A stretch of 64,000 bases of DNA. It comes from Candidatus Aldehydirespirator sp. GTDB taxonomy: Bacteria; Actinomycetota; Acidimicrobiia; Acidimicrobiales; Aldehydirespiratoraceae. Made by a program: the position numbers and the translations under genes. The stretch lies in NCBI GenBank assembly GCA_965221605.1, contig CBDCSK010000014.1:241776-305775 (forward strand). Reading direction: 5' to 3'. The notes beneath the pieces were generated by a model, which saw only the letters and a program-made list of their open reading frames with translations, did not search any database and was not told the origin of the DNA. Positions 1 to 8,822 of the stretch are shown piece after piece. Each line of letters opens with the position of its first letter. Positions within the stretch are counted from its first letter, which is position 1.

Positions 1-1
1 C

Positions 2-571
2 GGTCCCCGCCTGGGCGGAGACGTGCAGGCCGTGTTCGCCGCGGCCCGCTCCGGCGACTGGGCCCGCAACGACGACGGGATGGTGACCGCCGCCGGGCAC
101 GTGCTGGAGGCCGGCAGCTTTGAGCTGTCCGTGGAGGCGTCCAGCGAGGGCGCCGCCGCCGGGCTGGCCTCCGGCGACGCGGTGGTCGTGCTCGACACCG
201 CAGTCACGCCGGAGCTGGAGGCCGAGGGCTGGGCCCGAGACGCAGTGAGGGCGATCCAGGACTGCCGCCGCATCGACGGCTACGTGGTGACCGACCGCAT
301 CCAGGTGTCGCTGGCGCTGTCCTCGGCCGAGCAGGCCGCCGCGGTCGAGCAGTGGCGCGACTACGTGGCCGAGCAGGTGCTGGCCACCGACCTGCAGGTC
401 GCCGCGTCCCGCGAAGGCAACGAGGCCGCAGGGAACAAGGCGACCGCGACGAGCCGCTGGCTGGCGGGCTTCGTCAGCCACGACGTGGTCATCGACGGCC
501 GGCCGGCCCGCTGCGATCTGGCCCCCAGCTCAACCCGGCCGCGCCAACCCGGCGACAGCACCCGGCGCTGA
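2..571 (+). CDS. ileS: Isoleucyl-tRNA synthetase, C-terminal part (5' end outside window)
   Basis: Frame is open from the window edge (GPRLGGDVQ...). VVLDTAVTPELEAEGWARDAVRAIQDCR...VTDRI is typical of the IleRS type 2 C-terminus. Confidence 0.8.
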   Translation, partial: GPRLGGDVQAVFAAARSGDWARNDDGMVTAAGHVLEAGSFELSVEASSEGAAAGLASGDAVVVLDTAVTPELEAEGWARDAVRAIQDCRRIDGYVVTDRIQVSLALSSAEQAAAVEQWRDYVAEQVLATDLQVAASREGNEAAGNKATATSRWLAGFVSHDVVIDGRPARCDLAPSSTRPRQPGDSTRR

Positions 572-630
572 GCAAGAGCGTGCGCCCCGCCGGCTCGCGC
601 CGGCCTCGTCAGCGGCGTGATCCGCCGGAC

Positions 631-942
631 TCAGCAGTCACTCATGGCTGCGAGGGCACCACAGATCTCGTGGCTGCGAGGCCCAAGGTCGCCCATGCGG
701 CGAGTAAGCCAGGCCTTGCGTACCGGACGCAGGTTGTCGAATGAGGCGGCGCAGGGCTCGGGCAGGCCCTCGTCGCGACCCAACGGGATCTCGGTCGGAA
801 TGCCCCGCACCGTGCGGGTGACCGGCGCGACGAGAATCGCCCCCAGCACCGGAATGGCCGCGTCGCGTGTCACCACCAGCACCGGTCTGCGCAGATCCTC
901 GGTCTCGGCCCACCAGATCTCGCCGAGCCCAGGGGTCATCAC
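631..942 (-). CDS. PemK/MazF family toxin
   Basis: GEIWW...RRPVLVVTRD...VAPVTRTVRGIPTEI...CAASFDNL motifs; lies downstream of an RHH antitoxin. Confidence 0.9.
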   Translation of the reverse strand: MMTPGLGEIWWAETEDLRRPVLVVTRDAAIPVLGAILVAPVTRTVRGIPTEIPLGRDEGLPEPCAASFDNLRPVRKAWLTRRMGDLGPRSHEICGALAAMSDC

Positions 943-988
943 GGCCGCTCACCGCGCCCGGTGGTGGTCGCCTCGCCGCGGCCCCGAC

Positions 989-1237
989 TCACCACGGCTC
1001 CTCGGCGATCATCGCGGCAGCCGCACTGTCGGCCCAGGCCAGCTCCTCCTCGGTCTGGGGGATGCGCTTGTAGCCCTCGACGATCGCCTCGCCGATGCGC
1101 CGTCGCCGCTCCGACTCGATCCACCGCTCGAGGGCGCCGCGGACCGCGTCGGACCGCGATGACGCCAGGCCCGAGGAGACGAGCTCGTCGACGCCGGCCG
1201 CGAGTTCGTCACTCACACGCGTAACCAACTGCACCAT
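989..1237 (-). CDS. Ribbon-helix-helix antitoxin (MazE-like)
   Basis: 82 aa; N-terminal RHH pattern (LVTRVSDELAAGVDELV...SRSDAVR); acidic C-terminus ending in W; upstream of the toxin. Confidence 0.85.
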   Translation of the reverse strand: MVQLVTRVSDELAAGVDELVSSGLASSRSDAVRGALERWIESERRRRIGEAIVEGYKRIPQTEEELAWADSAAAAMIAEEPW

Positions 1238-1386
1238 GCGAACAGCATACTGTCTTAGTAGCTAGATCGCATTGCATAAGTGAAGCCAGCCGGCACCGAG
1301 GCGGGGTTCGCCCTCTGCCAGAAGGCTCACGCAGATCATCTCGTCGAGGGTGTCGGCCGAGTGTACGACCTGATATCGTCTTACGT

Positions 1387-1638
1387 ATGACGATGTTGAC
1401 CTGCCGAATGGGTGAAGCGGAAGCCGAACGGGTGCGGGAGGAAGCCGACGCTCTCGGAGTCTCGGTGTCGCACATGATCCGCGAGGCGCTGCGCCGCTAC
1501 CTCAACACGATCGGGGCCGAGCGGGATGCGGAGATCTACGAGCAATCACCGCTCAGGCCCGAGGAACTGTCGATCCTGTCCATTCAGAGCTGGCTCCCAG
1601 CCGAGGACTGGTCGGACTGGGCCGATGCATCGGGGTGA
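1387..1638 (+). CDS. RHH/CopG antitoxin
   Basis: 83 aa; GVSVSHMIREALRRYL; acidic W-rich tail; overlaps the toxin start. Confidence 0.85.
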   Translation: MTMLTCRMGEAEAERVREEADALGVSVSHMIREALRRYLNTIGAERDAEIYEQSPLRPEELSILSIQSWLPAEDWSDWADASG

Positions 1639-1933
1639 GGTCTGGTTCGCGGCCGTGCCTGACGGTGACCGGCCCGTGCTGGTGCTCACCCGGGATCCAG
1701 TGGCCGACCGGATCGATTCGGTGGTGGTCGCGGCCCTCACCCGCACCCGTAGAGGGCTGGTCTCCGAACTGCCCCTCACCGCGCGCCACGACGGTGTCCC
1801 GTCGGACTGCGTCGTCAACTTCGACACCATCCTGACCATCCCTCGAGACGCCTTCCGGCGACGGGTGGCACAGTTGAGCGAGAAGCGGCTGGAAGAGGCC
1901 TGCGACGTCCTGCGGGCCGCGACCGGCTGCTGA
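1625..1933 (+). CDS. PemK/MazF family toxin
   Basis: ATG at 1625 gives MHRGEVWFA...RPVLVLTRD...CVVNFD...ATGC. Confidence 0.9.
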   Translation: MHRGEVWFAAVPDGDRPVLVLTRDPVADRIDSVVVAALTRTRRGLVSELPLTARHDGVPSDCVVNFDTILTIPRDAFRRRVAQLSEKRLEEACDVLRAATGC

Positions 1934-1935
1934 CT

Positions 1936-2907
1936 TCAACCGTCGTCGAGGCGGCGGCCGTCCTCTACCAGGTTGATCTCCCAGATCACCTTGTCCAGGG
2001 CGTCGGCCGAGGTGATGGTGGGGAACCTCAGAGGGTGCTCGCCGGTCACGCATGTGGGCAACGGCTGAAGGATCGTCCACGGCGTGGGGTGGGCGAACTG
2101 CACCACCGAATAGCGGTCGCCGGTCTGACCCTCGGCCGCCACCACCCGGTGGATCCCGGCTCCTATGACCCCGTTGGTGAGGTGCTCGAGCATCATGCCG
2201 GTGTTGATGATGGCGCTGCCGGCGGGCGGGATGGCATCGACCCAGCCGTCGTCGGTGCGAACCTGGAGACCGGGCGCGGTGGCCCGGGGAAGCATGGTGA
2301 TGAGGTTGATGTCGCCGTGCTCGACGGCCCACATGAAGCCGTCTGAGGGGGCGGTTTCCATGGGCGGGTAGTGGATGGCCCGGGTGAGGGTCGCTCCGTA
2401 CTCGAGCATCGTGTCGAAGAACTCCTCGTGGATTCCCAGCCCCACCGCGATCACCCGCAGCACCCGGCGCTGGATGTCGATCACCCCGGCGTGGAACCGG
2501 AGCAGCAGATCGGTGACACCGGGCAGGTCGTCCTCGGGCAGGACGGGCGGCCCGTAGCGGTGCGGGTAGCGCTGGCGCAGCGGATGGCCCGGCGGCGCGG
2601 GCTCGCCCCAGTTGAGCATCTCCTTGAGGTCCGGGATGTCGGAGATGGCAGCCGTCTCGGTCATCATCGGCGTGTAGCCGGTCTGTCCGTGGGAGCCGGC
2701 CACGATGTAGCGGTCCTTGCGCTCCTGGGGCAGGCCGAAGAACGCTTGGAGCCGGCCGTATGCCTCGTCGATGACGCCCTCGTCCAGGTCGTGAGCCACA
2801 TACACAAAACCGGTGGCCAGGCTGCGCATCACGCCGTCGACCACCGAGACTCGCTCGGTCGGGCCACCCCGCTCGAAAGCCACCAGGTCGATATCGAGTA
2901 TCTCCAT
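1936..2907 (-). CDS. Isopenicillin N synthase-like 2OG-Fe(II) oxygenase
   Basis: Start re-called at ATG 2907 (MEILDIDL). HGD...GIHRV iron ligands, DRYS RxS motif, GFVYVAH N-terminal motif. Confidence 0.85.
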   Translation of the reverse strand: MEILDIDLVAFERGGPTERVSVVDGVMRSLATGFVYVAHDLDEGVIDEAYGRLQAFFGLPQERKDRYIVAGSHGQTGYTPMMTETAAISDIPDLKEMLNWGEPAPPGHPLRQRYPHRYGPPVLPEDDLPGVTDLLLRFHAGVIDIQRRVLRVIAVGLGIHEEFFDTMLEYGATLTRAIHYPPMETAPSDGFMWAVEHGDINLITMLPRATAPGLQVRTDDGWVDAIPPAGSAIINTGMMLEHLTNGVIGAGIHRVVAAEGQTGDRYSVVQFAHPTPWTILQPLPTCVTGEHPLRFPTITSADALDKVIWEINLVEDGRRLDDG

Positions 2908-3091
2908 CGTTGAGGACGCTAGCCGCGCCGGTCGCCGGCCCTGTCCAAGTGCCGGACGCGCTCGCTGGTGACCGGGACTTCGCGGGCAGCGGAGCTCGCG
3001 ACGCGCAGTCGTGCACGCGAGGTTCGCGACGCGATCCGCGACGCGCGACTTGGGCTCTGAAGTACACGAACTCAGAATTTCAAGCTTGTAG

Positions 3092-3121
3092 TTGACAAGG
3101 GTGTAATTCCTTTGGTGTAAT
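3092..3121 (+). promoter_or_regulatory. Putative sigma70-type promoter of nrdAB
   Basis: TTGACA (3092-3097), 18-bp spacer, TGTAAT (3116-3121), in an AT-rich patch. Confidence 0.55.
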
Positions 3122-3124
3122 TCA

Positions 3125-3171
3125 TACTCCGAAGTTGTGGCCGGTGTTTGAGCGGGGTCCACAGCTGGCGG
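3125..3171 (+). promoter_or_regulatory. Tandem NrdR boxes
   Basis: TACTCCGAAGTTGTGG (3125-3140) and GGTCCACAGCTGGCGG (3156-3171) resemble the NrdR consensus. They are offset by 31 bp, the usual spacing, and sit just upstream of nrdA. Confidence 0.65.
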
Positions 3172-3208
3172 GGGATTCCCTGACGACCGGCAAGAGGAGG
3201 GCACCGAC

Positions 3209-5653
3209 GTGACGATGATCCAGGACCGGCTGACCACCGTCGCCAACGTGCCTCCGGCTGTCTCCGCACCCAAGACCATGCAGGTCCGCAAGCGCAACGG
3301 CAACCTCGAGCCGGTCGACGTGAACAAGATCGTCAACGCGGTGGCCCGGGCGGCCGAGGGCCTGCTGGGCGTCGATCCCCTGACCGTCAGCACCCGCACC
3401 ATCGCGGCCCTCGCCGACGGGGCCACCACCCGCGAGCTCGACGAACTGAGCATCCGCACTGCGGCCGGCCTGATCGTGGAGGAGCCCAACTACTCGAAAC
3501 TGGCGGCCCGCATGCTGGCCACCTACATCGACAAGGAGGTCCGCAACCAGAACATCCCCTGGTTCTCCGAGTCGATAGAGACCGGCCACCGGCTGGGTCT
3601 GATCGGCGACGAGACCGCAGAGTTCGTGCGGGCCCACTCCCCCGCCCTCAACGCGGCCATCGACTCGAGCCGGGATCGCAATTTCGAGTTCTTCGGCCTG
3701 CGGACCGTGTACGACCGCTACCTGCTGCGCCACCCCGACACCCGCCTGGTTATCGAGACCCCGCAGTACTTCATGCTGCGGGTGGCCTGCGGGCTGAGCA
3801 CAGATCCCGATGAGGCCATCGCGTTCTACGACCTGATCTCGTCGCTGGCGTACCTGCCGTCGAGCCCGACGCTGTTCAACTCGGGCACGATGCACCCGCA
3901 GATGTCGAGCTGCTACCTGCTCGACTCCCCCGTGGACTCGCTGGAGGGCATCTACCAGCGCTACACCGACATCGCCCGGCTCTCGAAGTACGCGGGCGGC
4001 ATCGGCGTGGGCTGGCACCGAGTCCGCTCCAAGGGTTCGCTCATCAAGGGCACCAACGGGCTGTCCAACGGCATCGTCCCCTGGCTCAAGACCCTCGACT
4101 CCTCGGTGGCCGCGGTCAACCAGGGCGGTCGCCGCAAGGGCGCAGCCTGCGTGTACCTGGAGTCCTGGCACGCCGACATCGAGCAGTTCCTCGAGCTGCG
4201 CGACAACACCGGCGACCACGCCCGGCGCACCCACAACATCAACCTGGCCAACTGGGTGCCCGACCTGTTCATGGAGCGGGTGGAGAACGACTGGCAGTGG
4301 AGCCTGTTCGACCCCAAGAAAGTGCCCGAGCTCACCGACACCTACGGCGACGAGTTCCGGGCCATCTACGAGCAGGCCGAGAACGACAAGCGGTTCGAGC
4401 GCCAGATCTCCGCCCGCCAGCTCTACACCCGGATGATGCGGACCCTGGCCGAGACCGGCAACGGCTGGATGACATTCAAGGACGCCTCGAACGCCAAGTG
4501 CAACCAGACCGGGCCGGGAGCCACCGGGGCCGGTGGGGGAGGCGCCAACGCCAGGGACCGGGTGGTGCACCTGTCGAACCTGTGCACCGAGATCATCGAG
4601 ATCACCAGCGAGCATGAGACCGCGGTCTGCAATCTCGGGTCGGTGAATCTCGGCGCGTTCGTTCAGCGGACGACTTCCAACGGCAGCGCCCCGGCCGGCT
4701 TCGACTTCGAACGGCTGGGCGAGGTCGTCCGGCTGGTCGTCAGCTTCCTCGACCGTGTGATCGACATCAACTACTACCCAACCGACGAGTCCGAGGCCTC
4801 CAACCGGCGCTGGCGTCCGGTGGGCCTGGGCCTGATGGGCCTTCAGGACGTGTTCTTCAAGCTGGGGCTGGCCTTCGACTCGGCCGAGGCCCGGTCCCTC
4901 AGCCGCCGCATCTCAGAGGAGATCTACTTCAACGCCCTGTGGGCCTCCAGCGAACTCGCAGAGGTCAACGGAGCCCACCCCGGCTTCGCCGACACCCGCG
5001 CCGCGGCCGGCGACCTGCAGTTCGACCTGTGGAATGCCGAGCCGTCCGACGCCGGGCGCTGGACGCCGCTGCGGGAGCGCATCGCGGAGCACGGGCTGCG
5101 CAACTCGCTGCTGATCGCCATCGCCCCGACGGCCACCATCGCCGCCATCGCGGGCTGCTACGAGTGCATCGAGCCCCAGGTGTCGAACCTGTTCAAGCGC
5201 GAGACCCTGTCGGGCGAGTTCATGCAGGTGAACCGCTACCTGGTGGCCGAACTGAAGGCCAGGGGCCTGTGGGACGACAAGATGATCGCCGAGGTCAAGA
5301 AGGCCGAGGGCTCGATCCAGCAGATCGAACGCATTCCCGCCGACCTGCGAGCCATCTACCGCACCGCCTGGGAGATCCCGCAGCGATCACTCATCGAGAT
5401 GGCTGCCGATCGGGGCGCCTTCATCGACCAGAGCCAGTCGCTCAACCTGTTCATGGAGGCCCCGACCATCGGGAAGCTGTCCTCGATGTACATGGCCGCA
5501 TGGAAACAGGGCCTCAAGACCACCTACTACCTGCGGTCGAGACCGGCCACCCGGATCAACCAGACCACCACCAACGGCACCTCCTCAGCCGATGAGGAGG
5601 CCGCGGCGGCCTGCTCCTTGGAGAATCCTGAGACCTGCGAGGCCTGCGACTGA
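3209..5653 (+). CDS. nrdA: Ribonucleoside-diphosphate reductase class Ia alpha subunit with ATP cone
   Basis: VRKRNG ATP cone, SPTLFNSG, SSCYL, SNLCTEI, AIAPTAT, KTTYYLRS, C-terminal CEAC. Confidence 0.97.
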   Translation: MTMIQDRLTTVANVPPAVSAPKTMQVRKRNGNLEPVDVNKIVNAVARAAEGLLGVDPLTVSTRTIAALADGATTRELDELSIRTAAGLIVEEPNYSKLAARMLATYIDKEVRNQNIPWFSESIETGHRLGLIGDETAEFVRAHSPALNAAIDSSRDRNFEFFGLRTVYDRYLLRHPDTRLVIETPQYFMLRVACGLSTDPDEAIAFYDLISSLAYLPSSPTLFNSGTMHPQMSSCYLLDSPVDSLEGIYQRYTDIARLSKYAGGIGVGWHRVRSKGSLIKGTNGLSNGIVPWLKTLDSSVAAVNQGGRRKGAACVYLESWHADIEQFLELRDNTGDHARRTHNINLANWVPDLFMERVENDWQWSLFDPKKVPELTDTYGDEFRAIYEQAENDKRFERQISARQLYTRMMRTLAETGNGWMTFKDASNAKCNQTGPGATGAGGGGANARDRVVHLSNLCTEIIEITSEHETAVCNLGSVNLGAFVQRTTSNGSAPAGFDFERLGEVVRLVVSFLDRVIDINYYPTDESEASNRRWRPVGLGLMGLQDVFFKLGLAFDSAEARSLSRRISEEIYFNALWASSELAEVNGAHPGFADTRAAAGDLQFDLWNAEPSDAGRWTPLRERIAEHGLRNSLLIAIAPTATIAAIAGCYECIEPQVSNLFKRETLSGEFMQVNRYLVAELKARGLWDDKMIAEVKKAEGSIQQIERIPADLRAIYRTAWEIPQRSLIEMAADRGAFIDQSQSLNLFMEAPTIGKLSSMYMAAWKQGLKTTYYLRSRPATRINQTTTNGTSSADEEAAAACSLENPETCEACD

Positions 5654-6780
5654 TGGCCATCACCGACATTCCTGTCGAACACCTAGATCTCCCGGGCCGG
5701 GACTCTGACGCCGGTACCCCTCCCGCAGGCACCCAGCCTGATTCGGATGCCGGGGCCCGGCCCGGGCAACCCCACCTCCGGTCCAACATCCTGGACCCGG
5801 GTTTCGATCTGACGCTGCGACCGATGCGCTACCCGCAGTTCTTCGAGATGTACCGCGACGCGATCAAGAACACCTGGACCGTCGACGAGATCGATTTCTC
5901 CGACGACCTAGTAGACCTCGACCGCAAGCTCATGCCGGCTGAGAAGCACCTGATCCGCCGCCTGGTGGCTTTCTTCGCCACCGGCGACTCGATCGTGGCC
6001 AACAACCTGGTCCTGAACCTCTACGAGCACATCAACGCGCCCGAGGCCCGCATGTACCTGTCGCGCCAGCTGTTCGAGGAGGCGCTGCACGTCCAGTTCT
6101 ACTTGAACCTGCTCGACAACTACATCCCCGACCACGACGAGAGGGTCGAGGCGTTCGCGGCAATCGAGAACATCCCGTCGATCCGGGCCAAGGCCGAATT
6201 CTGCTTCAAGTGGATGGACTCGGTCGGTGACGGGCCGCTGCAGACCGCCGCCGACCGGCGGCGGTTCCTGATGAACCTGGTCTGCTTCGCGGCCTGCATC
6301 GAGGGTCTGTTCTTCTTCGCCGCCTTCGCCTACGTGTACTTCCTGCGGTCCAAGGGCCTGCTGAACGGGCTGGCCGCCGGCACCAACTGGGTATTCCGCG
6401 ACGAGTCGATGCACATGAACTTCGCTTTCGAGGTGATCAGAACCGTGCGCGCCGAGGAGCCCGAGCTCTTCGACGAGGAACTGGGCCGCGACATCAGCAA
6501 CATGCTGGCCGAGGCGGTGGACGCCGAGCACCAGTTCGCCGCCGACCTGCTGGGCGAGGGCGTGCCCGGCATGTCGGTGACCGACACTCGCTCCTACCTC
6601 GAGTACGTGGCCGACCAGCGGCTGATGCAACTGGGCCTGCCCCGCCGCTTCGGCAGCCACAACCCGTTCTCGTTCATGGAGCTGCAGGACGTGCAGGAGC
6701 TGTCGAACTTCTTCGAGCGCACCGTGTCCGCCTACCAGGTGGGCGTGGAGGGCGAAGTCTCCTTCGACGAGGACTTCTGA
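5653..6780 (+). CDS. nrdB: Ribonucleoside-diphosphate reductase beta subunit
   Basis: FFATGD, EALHVQFY (radical Tyr), IEGLFF, RDESMH, NFFE...Y; coupled to nrdA by TGATG. Confidence 0.96.
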   Translation: MAITDIPVEHLDLPGRDSDAGTPPAGTQPDSDAGARPGQPHLRSNILDPGFDLTLRPMRYPQFFEMYRDAIKNTWTVDEIDFSDDLVDLDRKLMPAEKHLIRRLVAFFATGDSIVANNLVLNLYEHINAPEARMYLSRQLFEEALHVQFYLNLLDNYIPDHDERVEAFAAIENIPSIRAKAEFCFKWMDSVGDGPLQTAADRRRFLMNLVCFAACIEGLFFFAAFAYVYFLRSKGLLNGLAAGTNWVFRDESMHMNFAFEVIRTVRAEEPELFDEELGRDISNMLAEAVDAEHQFAADLLGEGVPGMSVTDTRSYLEYVADQRLMQLGLPRRFGSHNPFSFMELQDVQELSNFFERTVSAYQVGVEGEVSFDEDF

Positions 6781-6782
6781 CA

Positions 6783-6880
6783 AGAGGCCGAGCGGGCAGG
6801 CGAGCGAATCTGCTTCCATACGGGCGAGGCCGTGGCCCGAGCGGCCCGTGAGCGCAGCGAACAAGAGCGGGAAACACCCC
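6783..6880 (+). repeat. ~97-bp dispersed intergenic repeat, copy 1
   Basis: AGAGGCCGAGCG-N~23-ACGGGCGAGGCCGTGGCCCGAGCGGCCCGTGAGCGCAGCGAACAAGAGCGGGAA; near-identical copies at 29889, 32224 and 40565. Confidence 0.9.
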
Positions 6881-6970
6881 CTCGCGACGCTAAGGCCTCC
6901 GACCTATTGGCGCTCGCTGAACGCGGCGCGGCTGTTTCGTAACGGCTGCCGGTGTGATACACAGGGTCCC

Positions 6971-7624
6971 ATGCTGAGATTCGCGGAAGAGATCATCCTG
7001 CTGATGCTGCACGACGACAACGGGAAGTTCGCGCCCGTGCCGTCGTGGTCGATGGACCGGGCCCTGGCCGGGGCAGTGCTCATGGACCTGGCTCTGGAGA
7101 ACCGGATCGACACCGACCCGGAGAACCTGATCCTCATCGACGACACCCCGGTCGGCGACAGCCTGCTCGACCCGACCCTGGCCGAGATCGCAGCAGGCGA
7201 ACAGCGCGACGCCCGCTACTGGGTCGAGCAAACCGCCAAGAAGGGCGAGCAGATCCGTGAGGAGGTCCTGTCCCGCCTGGTGGACGCCGGCATTCTGGAA
7301 CGGCAGGAGGACCGCTTCCTGTGGGTGTTCCGGTCCCGGCGCTATCCGCTGGTGGACGGCAAGGCCGAGCGCGAGGTGAAGCTGCGCATCATGGAGGTGC
7401 TGCTCTCGGACCAGATCCCCGAGCCCCGCGACGTGGTGATCATCGCGCTGGCCGACGCCTGCGGGATCTTCGGGGAGCTGCTGCCCAAGCGGGAGCTCCA
7501 GCGGGCCGCGGATCGCATCGAGCAGGTGCGCAAGCTCGACCTGATCGGCCAGGCCATGGCCCAGACCATCCAGGACATGCAGATGTGGCTGGCCGCCTCC
7601 CGCATAGAAGGCCGCATGTTCTGA
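6971..7624 (+). CDS. GPP34 (GOLPH3/VPS74-like) family protein
   Basis: ATG 6971; FAEEIILL, ALAGAVLMDLALENRID, LVDAGIL, FLWVFRSRRYP motifs. Confidence 0.85.
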   Translation: MLRFAEEIILLMLHDDNGKFAPVPSWSMDRALAGAVLMDLALENRIDTDPENLILIDDTPVGDSLLDPTLAEIAAGEQRDARYWVEQTAKKGEQIREEVLSRLVDAGILERQEDRFLWVFRSRRYPLVDGKAEREVKLRIMEVLLSDQIPEPRDVVIIALADACGIFGELLPKRELQRAADRIEQVRKLDLIGQAMAQTIQDMQMWLAASRIEGRMF

Positions 7625-7676
7625 CGCCCGAGCGGGGACGCGTCGCGCGTCAGCCACCGCTTGCCAGAATGAGAAC

Positions 7677-8120
7677 TTGACAGGGAGGCAGGGGCGGACG
7701 CGCAGGGAAGACTTCCGATTGTCTGTCCCGCTCTACACCGTGGGGGAGGCAGCACGCATCGTGGACGTTCCTACCACGACGCTCGCAAGCTGGGCTCGGG
7801 GATACGTGCGGCACTTCCCTGATCGCCCGGACGTCATCGGCGAGCCCGCAATCACCTGCCTTCCGCAGCGAACCCGTCAAGAGCCCTCGCTTCCGTTCAT
7901 CGGCTTGGCGGAGGCACTCGTGCTGGCCGCAGCCCGCCGGAGCGGGGTGCCGATGCAGCGAGTCAGGCCTGCACTCGACGAACTCGCGGACTCGCACGGC
8001 CCTGGCCCCCGCGGGCCGGAGGCCAGGGGGTGGCGCGTGAGCGCCACCCCCTTGGGATCCCCGGCTTTCCCGGGGAGTTCACCCAAGCAGCTTCACCGAG
8101 AGGCCGACGAGGGCGTATGA
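7677..8120 (+). pseudogene. Truncated Rv2018/VapB45-like HTH antitoxin
   Basis: PLYTVGEAARIVDVPTTTLASWARGY...SLPFIGLAEALVLAAARRSGVPMQRVRPAL resembles this family up to about 7990. The sequence then runs into hairpins; the DUF433 domain and partner toxin are absent. Confidence 0.6.
8000..8077 (+). other. Cluster of hairpins, candidate ncRNA or leader of the Abi-like gene
   Basis: GGGGGTGGCGC-GTGA-GCGCCACCCCC perfect stem with GNRA loop (8026-8051); competing stem CCCTGGCC/GGCCAGGG (8000-8028); TCCCCGG/CCGGGGA stem (8059-8077). Confidence 0.45.
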
Positions 8121-8121
8121 C

Positions 8122-8808
8122 ATGACGATACCACCGAGCACGGGTCCTCGCGCTCCGTATCGCTTTCGGTACGACGGGCAGACGATGAAGGCGTTGCGCC
8201 GAAGCGCGTCGTCCGAGAGATTCTCAACCTACTTGAGGATCGCAGGCGGTGACAGGCTCTACGCGTTCCACCTCTATACCCGCAACGCAGCGCTCGGAGC
8301 GTCGTTCCATGGCCCGCTCCAAGCGGTCGAGGTCACGCTGCGCAACGCGGCGCACGACGCGATGGCCGCAGCGCACGGTCCCTACTGGTTCGATAGCCCG
8401 CTGCTGACCGCCCCGGAGCCAGGTGCCGTGGCGAAGGCGTCCAGGTCATTGCAACGAGAACGCAAGGCCCGGACGGCGGGCAGCGTAGTCTCCGCGCTCA
8501 ACCTCGGATTCTGGGTCGCCCTCTTCAAGAGCAAGTACGACACGACCCTGTGGCGCACGATCCTCTACCGCTGCTTCGATCCGACGCCGCAGCGATCGGA
8601 CCTGCACCGTCAACTCGAACGACTGAAGACACTTCGCAACCGCATCGCGCACCATGAGCCGATCCTTCAGAGGAACCTCGTGGCCGACCATGACGCAGTT
8701 CTGTGGGTTCTGAGCATGCTGTCGCCGGAGACGGCTGCCTGGGCCGAGCACCACAGTCGGGTGCTGGAAGAGGTGGAGCGATCCCCTCGCAAGATCGCAC
8801 GGTTCTAG
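8122..8808 (+). CDS. Abi-like (Abi_2, AbiD/F-type) HEPN RNase
   Basis: ERFSTY...LY..N...EVTLRN, LNLGFW, and HEPN R-x4-H motif LRNRIAHHEPI. Confidence 0.8.
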   Translation: MTIPPSTGPRAPYRFRYDGQTMKALRRSASSERFSTYLRIAGGDRLYAFHLYTRNAALGASFHGPLQAVEVTLRNAAHDAMAAAHGPYWFDSPLLTAPEPGAVAKASRSLQRERKARTAGSVVSALNLGFWVALFKSKYDTTLWRTILYRCFDPTPQRSDLHRQLERLKTLRNRIAHHEPILQRNLVADHDAVLWVLSMLSPETAAWAEHHSRVLEEVERSPRKIARF

Positions 8809-8822
8809 GGAACGGCGGCGCT

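Noticed and set aside
2996-3048. Three CGCGACGCG repeats near the oxygenase/nrdA promoters
   Set aside because: They are short, GC-rich and irregularly spaced, so they are likely by chance at this base composition.
2908-3489. Long N-terminal extension of the 2OG oxygenase
   Set aside because: It overlaps the nrdA promoter and the nrdA antisense strand; family similarity starts at MEILDIDL.
4508-4560. Gly-rich insertion in NrdA as a possible intein or intron
   Set aside because: It is a short in-frame low-complexity loop with no splicing motifs.
5653-6780. NrdB as a metal-variant class (Ic/Ie)
   Set aside because: The Asp first ligand, both ExxH motifs and the radical Tyr are present, consistent with an ordinary tyrosyl-radical beta subunit.
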